Shown: positions 36,666 to 49,930 of the stretch, piece by piece
Position numbering within the stretch: position 1 is the first letter of the stretch
Layout: each line of letters starts with the position of its first letter
NCBI RefSeq assembly: GCF_009914755.1
Contig: NC_060929.1
Reading direction: 5' to 3' (one strand)
Source: the human T2T-CHM13v2.0 reference genome, Homo sapiens
DNA: 64,000 bases
Made by a program: the position numbers and the translations under genes
The notes under the pieces: model-generated
The model's database searches: none
The model's input: the letters and a program-made list of their open reading frames with translations, nothing else
What the model was told of the DNA's origin: nothing

Positions 36666-37469
36666 AGTGCAAAAACAAAGATCAGATTCATCTAATCTTT
36701 GAAAAGGCAACATTGTCTTAACTAAAATAATTGAAATTTAAGTCAGTTAAACTGGACAAACACAGCTGTTAGGAGCGACTTCCATCTTTTCTGTAATCCT
36801 TACCTCTGTGCTTTCCCAGTGCATCTGAGTGCACGTTCCTCAGGGCCCTCGGCTCATCCTGGGTGTGCTGGCTTCTCAAGGCTGTCTCTGCGGTGTGTCC
36901 GGGGTCAGGTACAGATGGCATCCTGCCAGGCAGACCCTCATCCCTGCAAGGTGGACTCTTTAGAACTGATAACTTTTCATGAGAAAAATAATGAATCATG
37001 GAAATAGAGGCTTATAAGCCATCTATGTGGTGCCAAGTGGGTAGAGCAGGCCATTTGTGGGGAACCCAAAGTTTCTACGGCTGCTCATGTGAATGCCCGG
37101 CCACGAGGGGATCAAAGGACGGTGGGCCCCGGACACAGAGCCCCGAGGGCTCTCTCTGGCTGAGAATCCTGAGTGCTATGCTGGGAGCGCCGGGGAGGGA
37201 GGGTGTCTGGGGACAGTGTGTGGTCCTAAGCAGCAGCCCCTGGCACTGGGGAGTCTGTCCCTGATCCCCAGAGGGAGGACCCCCCCATGGAGGGCTGTTT
37301 GTCCCACTGCACGCCTCTGGGGGACTGGGGTGCAGACCTGGGGCAAAACTGCAACTCCCAGATTGAGTGCAGGGAGGCAGCCGGGTCAGCGCGGGGGTTC
37401 CTGGGGCCCAGCAGCACAGAAGCATCCCTAAACGTGCATGGGGCTGGGGGGATGTGAGGAGGTGCACAT

Positions 37470-37873
37470 GTGCCCTGTGTCCATGTAACAGGTACCACAG
37501 ACCAGGGGCTTAAACAGCAGGATCGCCTTCCCAGGGTGCTGCAGTCTGCAAGTCTGAAATCAAGGTGTCGCTGGCCTCGATCCCCGAAGGCTCCAGGGGA
37601 GACTCCTTCCTGCCCCTCCCAGGTTCTGGTGGCCCAGGCATCCCTCCGTGTGCCTGCATGTGGCTGCATGGCCTGTCTCTGCCTCTGCCCTCACGTGGTC
37701 TCCTCCCTTTCCTGTGTCTGTCCACCTCTGCCTCACTCTCCTAAGGACACTTGTCACTGGGTTTAGGGCCCACGCAGCTCATCCAGGATACGTTCCCCCT
37801 TTCACATCCTCAACTAAAGCACTTCTGCTAAGATGTGGATGCATTTATTGGGGGCCATGGTTCAACACGACCA
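37470..37873 (-). mobile_element. MaLR LTR (MLT1B/C-like)
   Basis: ggcttaaacagcag, aagtctgaaatcaaggtgtcg, taaggacacttgtcactgg.tttagggccc. Confidence 0.8.
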
Positions 37874-38399
37874 TGGTGCCCGACCTCTCAGAGCAGTTGC
37901 CCTGGGAGCTGCCATTTCAACAGAGAGGGGCACGGCTCTGCTGGAACAGAGTTGCAGCCGGAGGGTCTTCAGGTCTGGTTTTGCCTACAGAACACCCTCT
38001 GGAGCATCCCAGCACCACTCACACCTGACTTGTCAAGCTGGGAGTGCTGCGGGTGTTGCTTAGCCCCGTATCCAGTGCTGCTCTGGGAAAGAGCGTGGTG
38101 ACTCAGCACCTTTGGCTGAAGGACAGAGTTAGGGCAGTGGGTGGGTGGGAATCGGTGAAAATGCGGTTCACTGGTCAATATTCAAAAAGGCTTCTTAATG
38201 AGGGTGTGCTGAAATAGGAAAGTGCCACTTTAGAGAGTGATGAATTCCAGGCCTTAGCTCCTTGCCTGGCTTCTGAGGATGTACACAGATTTTGGTGAAG
38301 AAATGGACTCCTGTTTGGAGATTTCAGAGGGAAAGCTTGGACTGCCACTAGGCAAGAAGAAAAGTAGAACAGATGGTCCACAAAGCCACATCCACAAAG

Positions 38400-38800
38400 A
38401 TGAGAGTGTGGCTGCTGGTAAAAGACACTGGAAATGACGGCAGCTTAAATAAAACTGCACACAGCTTCTCCCATGCCAAAGGAAGCTGGAGGTGGACAGC
38501 CCAGGGCTACATGGGAGCTGCAGACTCCTCCGGTGTTGGGGCTCCTCCCATCCTTCCGCCCCGCCTCATCCAGCGTCTTTCCTAAGTGTGCTTCACAGTC
38601 CTGGTGTGGCTGCTGAGGCTGCAGCCACCACCTCTGCATTCCAGGCAAGAGGTGGGAAAAGTGGGAGGAAGACAAAAAAGGCCCTTGTTGAAAGCCTCAC
38701 CCCGGAGTGACTTCTTCCCTCTACTTGACCATTTTCTTGAGGATGGCACTGATTGGGCGTGGCCACCAGTCCCTGAGGAAGTGCTCATTCATCTGCAGCA
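38400..38800 (-). mobile_element. Old MLT1-type LTR fragment
   Basis: cagcttaaataa, ctgcattccaggcaag, cactgattggg...ggccac. Confidence 0.45.
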
Positions 38801-39421
38801 GAATGAGGCAAGTAAGAAAAAATGAGTTGGTGTTTCTTCACATTAATTTTTGTTTTTCCAAGTGTTTTTGACATTAAAATGTCCTTTTTCTTTTGAAATG
38901 ATAGAGAAAGTTGATTGTAATTACTTATTTTGCTTGAGGCCATTGTTTTTCAAAATAGTTTTATTTGAAAAAATAATCTGAGCATAGTTAAAAAGTCAAA
39001 CACTACTAAAAGGTTCATAACAAAATCCAATCCAGCCCCTCATCCCAGCCACATGCCCTCGAGTCTTGCTCCCCAGCACCACTGTTTTCTGTTACTTATT
39101 TCTTCAGCGACTTGTCTCTATATTTCCAATAATATAATACCCTACTACTTATTGATGTCTTGTTTTTAGACCGTATCTATGGACTTCTTCCTGTGGTAGT
39201 TGAAGTTTAAGTCTCTTACACTCGACATCTTTTTTCTAGCACGACTCTCCCTGTTTCCTCATACGTCTATCACTAGTTTTGGCTAAATAACATTTATTTA
39301 CTGCTAAGCTCAGTTATGCACTGTGATTCTTTGTCTTCTGTTATATAGCTTTTCATTTTTCCTGGAATTAATATTTGCATGATTGTTTTCCTTTTTTATT
39401 ATCTGTCCACATAATTACTGA

Positions 39422-39908
<487 letters not shown>

Positions 39909-40827
39909 TACCATCTCTTTCTTCTATGTTTTGCTAAAGCATGTCTCTCAGTAGCTGCCTACGAAACGGGGTATGGATGCCATTTTTTGTTTGTTTGTTT
40001 TTAAATCTTGGCTGTCTGAAAATAACTTTTTCAAGCTTGATGGAAAGTTTGGTGAGATACAGAAGTCCTGTTTGTCAATCGTCCCTCAGTATAGTTTTAA
40101 GTCTCCTTGAGGTATAATTCATATGCCACACAGTTTTCAGAGATCTGTTTGATGGGTTTTAATCAATTTATCACAATCCAGTTTTAAAACACTCGATTTT
40201 GCTCCCCTGAAAAACCTCTCCTGTTCACCTCCCAATCCGCGCTCCACGCCCCTAGCTCCAGGCAGCCGCTGATCTGCCGCTGTGGTTTTCTGCCTCTATA
40301 ACTTTTCCCTTTCTACAGATTGTACATAGCTGGAGTCATTCAGTATGGCCTCTCACGGACCTGACTGTTCTCACTTAGCATCATGTTTTGAGGCTCATCC
40401 ACACACGGCCTGAATCAGAGTTGCTTCCTTTTTACTGCGGGGCGGTGTTCCACGGGGCGGATGGGCTAAATGTTGTTTACTCATCCCCCAGCTGATGGAC
40501 GTTCAGTTGGCTTCCCGTTCTGTCTGTCATGAATAACGCTGTGACGCGCACTTGTGTGCCGGTCTGCGTGTGGCCGCCTTTTCCTCGGCTTTCCCACCCG
40601 GAAGAGTGCTGAGGAGTGTGCACCTTCACTTCAGGAAGTCTCAACATTAACAAAGAAGAGCCAACGCTGGCCGAGGAGGCTTCAGAGCCTCCTGTTCCTC
40701 CTTGTGTCTTTTGAGTATTTTTTCATGGAAGTTTGGTGGGTTGACGTAGCTGACTTAAATTATCCAGAGTTGGTTCCCACCTGTGATCAGCCCCCAATGT
40801 TGGAATGAAGTCAAGAATCCACTGGAA

Positions 40828-41120
40828 GGCCAGGCGCGGTGGCTCATGCCTGTGATCCCAGCACTTTGAGAGGCCAAGGCGGGTGGATCACGAGGTCAGG
40901 ACTTCAAGACCAGCCTTGCCAACATGGTGAAACCCCGTCTCTACTAAAAATACAAAAAATCAGCTGGACGTGGAGGTGCGAGCCTGTAATCCCAACTCCT
41001 CGGGAGGCAGAGGCAGGAGAATCACTTGAGCCCGGGAGGCAGAGGTTGCGGTGAACCGAGATCGTGCCACTGCTCTGCAGCTGGAGCGACAGACTGAGAC
41101 TATGTCTGAAAAAAAAAAAG
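40828..41120 (+). mobile_element. AluSg/Sc-like
   Basis: GGATCACGAGGTCAGGA left arm and A-tail; TSD aa(g/t)aatcca(c/t)tggaa at 40813-40827 and 41123-41137. Confidence 0.95.
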
Positions 41121-44100
41121 AAAATAATCCATTGGAAAATGTGCTTAGATTTACACCTGTAGTTTTGAAGACCAGAGTTTGGAAGAATAAAAGTTGCTTA
41201 GGAAGTTTCTGACCTAGAGGGACTTTGGGCTCACGTGTCCTTCCATTAGCATACCTGGATCCTCAGGGCCAGGTGAGAAAACCCCTGTTACTTCCGTCTG
41301 AGCGAGTGCCGGGCCACGGCCCTCTGAGGGACTCACCGCTGCTGCTCAGGGACCCCTCCTCCCATTCTGGAAACCATCTGCAAAACCTCAGCAGACCACG
41401 GGGCCATTACTGTGGGCTCCGGTTTCCAGCCACTGCACTTCCAGACTTTTCTCTTCGGAGCCAGTGGGAATTTAGCAAATGACTGGATGGGGTCTGGGCA
41501 ACCAGGCATCACGAGGCGCCTTCTCCTTCCACTCGGTGGAGCAGGGTCTCCAGTGAATGCGGCGTCCACGCCTGATCGGGGCTCCTGCCAGGGCGGCCAT
41601 GCCTGCTGCTAGAGCCTCTGAGAAAACAGCCGCCTCCTCCCCTTCCCATGGCTTCTTTGTCTCTTCTCCACAGAGACCGGAGTGGGGGGCCTTTTCCTTT
41701 GGCCTACGCAAAAACTTGGCATAAATTAAATCATAACTGTAATAAATGAGAATGACCTGAATTGCAGTCCTCTGCCAGCTCTGCCCATGCGTCCCCCAGG
41801 CCCTCTCTGGATGTTGGGGTCACGGAGGTGTTTCCCTGCAGGACTGAGTGACCTGTGACCTCTTTATCTTTGCAAGAGATGTCAACGGTACAGAGAAGTA
41901 AATAACAGCAACAATATTAATATAAATAGTAAAGAAAATCACCTCAGCCCATCTCCAGAGATGATCAGGGCTACACTTTGGCATCTACTTGTCCAGGCGT
42001 TTCCATCTTTATATCTAAATTATTTTAGCGAAAATGCATTCATACTGAACGTGCCGTCTTGGGCTTGATGCTTTGCTTGTTGGTTTGGTTTTCGCGCATT
42101 TCTATAAACTTAAACACACTGTGTGACTGAAAGCCCGTCCCCAGTAACGTACGTATGGAGACGCCTAGTGCCTGTCTGCTGTCCCAGCCCACAGCCTGCT
42201 CTCCGGCGTGCTGTGCACGAAGAAGGCGTCATCGGAGTTTCTTCCTGAACTTTTGAGTTGCTCTGTCACTTCTGGATTTGCATTGAGGTTTACAAGACAC
42301 AAATTTCTTCCCTCCCTCCCTCTTTCCTTCCCTGGATTTTATGACAAAGACCCTGTCCTTGCAGGTAGGTTTTTGTTGCAAGTGCCGCTCTGGGGCAGGG
42401 AGGCCAGGGGGAAGGGGCCTTGCCACCTCGGCTCAACACCAAGCCCCCACTCCCTGGGTCCCCAGGCATTCCCACAGCTCAGGTCTCTGCTCGGACTGGG
42501 ACCCTTCCTGCTTCTGAGCAAAGGTGTGGCTGCCAAGTGAGTGGAACTGCGCACCCAGGTTTTTCCGGAAGCCAGAGTGAGGCACGGGAGACCTCAGCTG
42601 TGCATACCGGTGGGTCTCAGGCGAAATTAAGGACCCTCAGCCAACGATCGCTTTCCTCTGACACGCTCTGTCTGCTCCGCTCGGCACAGCGGATTTGCCT
42701 GAAGCCTCAGGGCTCGCCCTGCAGCCTGGGACACATGGGTGTCCTGGAAGCCTGGGGTTGTCAGTGTAGACCGACCCTGATGAGACCCTATGGGCTTGAG
42801 TATTCAGAACTCGGGATTTCATGGTGTAGATGTCCAGATTTAGGGAAAAGAGCTGCCTGCATTCAAGGTCCTTTGGCTCGAAAGAAAGGATGGCATTTAC
42901 ACATACAGTTCCCAGTTTCTAAAACTACCTGATCTGCTCCCTTGAAATAGCAGAGGAAGGGGAACCGCACTCCCAGACCAGGAGCCCAGTGCCTTCTTGG
43001 GGGACTGCAAAGCCTTTTAGGGTATCTTCACGGCATTAACTTTCCTCAACTGTAAACACTGTTAATATAATATAAGAAGGATTTAATTTCCAGCAGGTAA
43101 TGCCCCCACAAGGGAATTTACAAAGACCCCTGGGGTTGGGAAGCTGGAGGTTCAGATGAGGAGAGAGGAAGGGTCCTTTCTGCAACCCAGGAATATCCAT
43201 TCCCAAATCCAGCACCCTGTAATGGCTTTCCTTTATCAGGAGTGTGCACCACGGTGTGATCGGATCTTGCCTTCCACTGCGGGAGGCGGGGGCTCTGACC
43301 CCCGGGGTCGGGTCCCACCATGCTCCAGCTGTGATTTCCAGGTGGTCTCAGAGGAGTGTCCTGTGCAGCCCGGCCCTAAAATTCCAGCGTTAGGCTCCTC
43401 CGGGGCTTCCCAGAATGGCCTTGCTGGGACTGCAGCCACCGCATTTCTAGGGACTTTGTGCGTGCAACTTAGTCACACTGACGGAGTATTCACGCAGCTC
43501 CTTCCATGGCCTCAGTGGCATTCTGGGATCAGGAGGGAACACATTGCACCATTGGGGGGTGGCGCCTCTCAGAAGGCAGAGACCCTGCTCCTTGGGGGCT
43601 CTGAGTTGCCATCTTTTGGACAGTGGGAGTTGTCTCTCCAGTCCCCCTAACCCCGTCGTGAGACGCCCAGAGCTCCTGGTGGGCTGAATGTTAGAGAGGC
43701 TGACGGATGGACCCTGGGGTTGCTTCCAAAGTCGCACAGCACAGGGGGCTCCTCCTCTCCTGTTGTTCCCAAGACCTGGGGGTGGTTTTCCAGGTCAGGG
43801 GGCCTAAGACTTCAACGAGCAGAGTCCCTGGAAGTCAGGATCCTCTCTACAGAGTGCGGGGTCATCTCTGTGTGGAATCACAAGACACTAAGCAACGCTG
43901 ACCCAGGGTCTCCCTGAGGCTCCGGCCTCTCAGTGACTTGTGCATTGGGTCCCCCTGGAGCTCTGTGCCTTCTGGTGACTCGTAAGTTGGGGTCTGTGGC
44001 TGCATGGCCTGGTCCCCTTCCCCAGCAAGTGAGTAATTTCTAAGGTGCATTTGTTGCCCTTAGGGCCTAGGGACTGAGCAGCCCTGGACACCAGGGACCC

Positions 44101-44221
44101 AGAGGCCTTGGCGCTGACAGCCTGCTAAACCCACCCACTCTCAACCACCTGCAGCCAGCCCTGCCCTCCAGCCCTGCTAACCCCCAGCTTCTCTTCTGTC
44201 CCTGAGCTGTGCATGGTGAGG

Positions 44222-44690
44222 CAGCCTGCACCTGTGCCTGCCCCAGCCCCTGCCAATGCCACAGCCCCTGCCAATGCCACAGCCCCTGCCCCTGCCACAG
44301 CCCCAGCCCCTGTGCCTGCCCCTTCCCCTGCTCTTGCCCCTTCCCTTGCTCCTGTCCCAGCCCCTGCACCTGCCCCTGCCCCAGCCCCTGCCCCAACCCC
44401 TGCGCCTTCCCCTTCCCCTGCTCCTGTCCCCATCTCTGCACCTGCCCCTGCCCTAGCCCCTGCCCCAACCCCTACGCCTGCCCCTTCCCCTGCTCTTGTC
44501 CCAGCCCCTGCACCTGCCCCTGCCCCGCCCCTGAGCCTGTCCCTGCACTTGCCCCTGCGCCTGCCCAGCCCCTGCACCTGCCCCTGCCCCGCCCCTGAGC
44601 CTGTCCCTGCACTTGCCCCTGCGCCTGCCCAGCCCCTGCACCTGCCCCTGCCCCTGCGCCTGCCCCAGCCCCGGCCCCAGCACCTGCCCG
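44222..44690 (+). repeat. (CCCCTG)n-derived VNTR with 72-bp and 64-bp higher-order duplications
   Basis: ccccaacc recurs at 44391 and 44463; ccagcccctgcacc recurs at 44501, 44565 and 44629. Confidence 0.92.
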
Positions 44691-45289
44691 CTGCTTCCCT
44701 GTGGTTTTTGCATTTTGGATCTCAGGCTTCTCCCCTTTCTTCACTGCAGCCCCTGGTTCAATGCCCCAGGCCTGCCTCTCTTGCAGCCTCAGGGCGTTCT
44801 GGGTGTGGCCCTCCTTCCCTCCTCCCCCATGGCCAGGGGTCCGAGCTCTGGCTGCCTCCGGGGGTCCCGGTTCTCCCCCAGTTCTCCCAGAGGAGCTTGG
44901 GCCCCTCCACGCCACCGCTCGCAGCGATGCACTGGGTGATGTCCTGTGCTGGGTGAACGCTGGTCATGCAGGTCACGCATCCGTCCCCCTTTCAATAGCA
45001 CTTTCCGTCTCACATGAGAGCTCTCAAAAAGAAGCAGTGTTTTCATCCTTTTGGGAGACACATGTTGAGAAGAGGAAGGACAGCAGAGACGAGTCAAGGG
45101 CCGGGATAGCCAGTGTGCCGCCGGGAGAGCTCACGTTGCACAGCAGGGCTTGAGCGTGTGTTGGAATGGAACCTGCGCCTCTACAAACACCACATCCGCA
45201 TTGGCCAGGTTCCTTGAGATGCTGCATCTGCAGGAGCCCCTGGTCCCTAGGACATAAGTTTGTCATAAATCAGAAGATGCGACTATGGG

Positions 45290-46371
<1,082 letters not shown>

Positions 46372-47061
46372 GGTTCATATTACAGACAAGTAACTGCCAG
46401 AGGTTTTGGAAAAAAATAAGATGAAACAATAATAATCTAATAAATAAACGTTAATCATCTATTCACATTTTTTATGTATAATGATATGCTATTGTGATTA
46501 TGAAATATCTGACATTTTCTGGTGCAGAGAATACTTTGAGAAGCATTGCTTTAGGCCTAGGGAGATACACAGATATGATACAGATATTAATATGTACCAA
46601 ACTATGTAAATACATACTATGCATGTGTGTGTATGTCATATATACATACATATGTGCACACATGTTGTAATGTGTATTGACATAACTTGTTAAATAAAAA
46701 ATTATCTTGTCTCTGGTGAAACATACTAAATATCCACGTAAGTTGTGACGGGTTTAATTTCATCAGTAGATGAGCGGCCGCACATGGAAGAACTTTAAAA
46801 CTGTCGTGACTTGGGTGCATTGCTATCACTCAGTACCTTCTAGAGACTGGAAGCACGTCCTTCCTGGAGCACTGGGCCTTTTCGTGTTGGAGATCTTGGT
46901 GATTGACTGTATTTGCCTCTCTGCCTGTGGAGCCCAAAACCTGGGTTTTAGGCTATAAGTTTAGTGTTTCTCAACCTGACTCTGAAGAGGAAGAGGCAGC
47001 TGCCATCTGAGTTCTTCCTTATGGGCTTAGAAGAGAATGTTTCAGGATTACTATCTGTCCT

Positions 47062-48470
47062 TGTGAGTATGAGTGTGAGTGTGGTGTGTGTATGTGTGTC
47101 ATGTGTGTCATATGTGTTGTGTTTTGTGCGTTGTGTATGGTGTGTGTGGCATGTGTGTTGTATGTGTGGTGTGTGTATGTGTGGCATGTATGTTCTGTGT
47201 TGTGTGCCTGTGTGGCATGTGTGTTGTGTGTGTGCAGCATGTGTGTTGTGTGTGGTGTGCATGTGTGGCATGTGTTGTGTGCATGTTGTGTGTGACGTGT
47301 GTTGTGTGTGTTGCATGTGGCATGTTTGTGTTTTGTGTGTGTGGTGTGTGTTGTGTGTGTCTGGCATGTGTATGTGTTGTGTGGGGCAAGTGTGTTGTGT
47401 GTGTTGTGTGCATGGTATGTGTGTTCTGTGTGTGGCATGTGTATTGTGTGTGGTGTGTGTGACATGTGTGGTGTGTGTGTGGCATCTATGTTGAGTGTGC
47501 ATGTGGCATGCGTGTGTCATTCACATTGTGTAGCATGTGTGTTGTGTGGCATGGGGGTTGTGATGTGTGTGGCGTGTGTTGTGCGCATGTGTGTGGTGTG
47601 TGACATGTGTGGTGTGTGCTTTGTGTCATGTGTGTTGTGTGTGATACGTATTGTGTGGTGTGTGGCATGTGTGGTGTGTGTGGCATGTGTTTGGTGTGTG
47701 ACGTGGTGTGTGTGGTGTGTGCTCTGTGGCATGTGTGTTGTGTATGTGGCATGTGTGGTGTGGCATGTGTGGTCTCTGGCATGTGTGTTGTGCATGTGTG
47801 TGGTGTGTGTGGCATGTGTGTGGCATGTGTAGTGTGTGTGCATTTGGCATGTGTGTCATGTGTGTTGTGTGATGTGTTGGCTGTGTGTCTGGCATGTGTG
47901 TTGTGTGTAGTGTGTGTGGTGTATGTGTGTGACGTGTGCTGTGTGGCATGTGTGTTGTGTGTTGTGCACTGTGTGGCATATGTATTTGTGTGGTGTGTGC
48001 GGCATGTGTGTGTTGTGTGCGATGTGTGCTGTGTGGTGTGTATGTGGCATGTGTGTTGTGTGTGTGACATGTGTGTGCTGTGTGGCATGTGTGTTGTGTG
48101 TGGTATGTGCTGTGTGGCATGTGTGTCGTGTGTGTCGTGTGTGACGTGTGTTGTGTCATATGTGCGTGATGTGTGTGCGTTGTGTGTGCTGTGTGGGATG
48201 TATGTTGTGTATGTGTTGTGTGTGTGTGGTGTGTGTTTATTGGTTTGTGTGGTGTTGCTGTGTGGTATGTTGTGTGTGTTGTGTGTGGTCTGTGCTGTGT
48301 GGCATTTGTGTTGTGTGTGTTGTGTGTGTTGTGTGCAGCATGTGTGTTGTGCGTGTGTTGTGCTGTGTGCTGTGTGGCATGTGTGTTGTGTGTGCGTTGT
48401 GTGTGTTGTGTGCTGTGTGGCATGCGTGTTGTGTGTGTTGCGTGCTGTGTGGCATGTGTGTTGTGTATGT
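47062..48470. repeat. 1.4-kb degenerate TG/CA repeat with recurring GCATG
   Basis: Read directly; TGGCATGTGTG(TTG) recurs throughout. Confidence 0.97.
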
Positions 48471-48489
48471 CCCAGTTCTCTGTCTTCAG

Positions 48490-49930
48490 GCGGTTGGGAT
48501 CCCCTGTGCTGGCCCCGCTGTGCAGGTGCAGGTGTGCAGGGCGGGGCTGGGAGCTCCTGGGGACATGGGGACGCCCTTGAAGTCCGCCCTGTGCCCCGTG
48601 AGGAGTGGGGTTTTGGGGTTTTGGGTTTCGCGCTGGGCTGCGTTTCTGCAGGAGCCAGGCCTCTTCATGCTCTGCGGCGACAGCCGCTGGGGTGGGGCTA
48701 CGGGGAAGTCGCGCTGCCCCTCGTCTGAGCGTGGGCCGGGGCCCAGGTGGTGACCAAGGCCCGGCGCAGTGGCCCCGGAGCGTGGAGGGGCAGCTGCTGG
48801 GCGGCCTCCCTGGGGAGGGTGACGGCTTCACCCGCCAACGCTGCCTCCCTCCTGGGATTAGGCAGGAGGAATCTTGGATCGCCCGAGGCTGGTGCTCAGC
48901 CTCCTTCCCCCATCCCACCTCCACCACCCGGCGGCCCCCGTAGACTTGATTGGCAGGCCCTGCCCCGACCCCTACCCCTCCAGGTCCCCGCCTCGGTGCC
49001 TCGGTGCCCGGCTCCGGGCCACTCCTGCAGGCCCTGCCTAGGGCAGCCGGCGGTGCCTGGAGGCGGGCTCGCCCCGGCTGCTCCACGCCCAGGCCGGTCC
49101 CTGGCATTTCAGCCAGTGGGAGGGCGTCCCCGCCGCCCCCGTGCCTCTCCGCAGGGGCTGCGCCGCGTCCCCGGGCCTCTCCCTCCGCCGTGGTCTGGTC
49201 TGCCTGCTCCAGGGCGCAGCTGCGCCCGCTTCAGCGCCTCCCGGGTCTGCGTGGCCTGCTCGGCTCAGAGGCCTCCACCACGGTCCGCTCCCTGCCGGAC
49301 GCCGCGCTGCTGTGGCCGCGGTGGTTCTGTGGCTGTGAGGGCCGTTTCTGTCCGTCCACACCGCCTTCCCTCTGCAGGTGAGGAATGGGGTCTGCTTCGT
49401 TTGGAATGTGCCTTTGCCGGGTCCTGCCTGACCTCCACCTTCCAGCCGGGACGCGCGAGCTTTTCCGTTTGGCTGAGTCAAAAAGGGATCGCGCGCATCC
49501 CGCCGCCCCTCACCACGAAGCGCAGACACAGGAGGTTGCAGGGTCAGTGCTGCGGAGAATCCCAGACGGCCCCACAGCCGCCGCCACCCGCGGGGCACTC
49601 GCCCGGGCTCTGCCGAGGATGTGGGGGCTTTGGTCTCCGCAGAGCTGGGACTCCCGAAGGCCTTACCAGAAACTCAGGAGCAGCCCCAGCCCTGCAGAGC
49701 CCGCGAGGGTGGAGACGGGAGACCCGCTGTGGGGCCTGAGGCTGAGATGCCGGCCTGCGGTGAAGCCGGCGGGACGTTCCAACCCGCTCAGACCCGCCCA
49801 CTCCGCAGGGCCCGGGCCCACCCCCCGGCCTGTGGCCTGTGCTGGGCTGCGCAGCCGGCGGTGGAGGGACCTGGGAAACCAGGTGCTCGCCAGGTGTCCC
49901 TCCTGCCAGCTGGGGTTGTCCACAGCCCAC
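48490..49930. promoter_or_regulatory. Orphan CpG island (candidate lncRNA promoter or Polycomb/enhancer element)
   Basis: High GC and CpG. ATTGG at 48949-48953, TGAGTCA at 49474-49480, plus-strand donor CAG|GTGAGG at 49378. Confidence 0.8.

Noticed and set aside
44067-44956. Pro-Ala, Cys-Pro and Gly-Gln repeat ORFs resembling metallothionein or structural proteins
   Set aside because: All frames of a hexamer repeat are open; no splice or promoter support.
46948-49107. Long Cys/Val- and His/Thr-rich ORFs (up to 493 aa)
   Set aside because: Translations of the TG/CA repeat, which lacks stops by composition.
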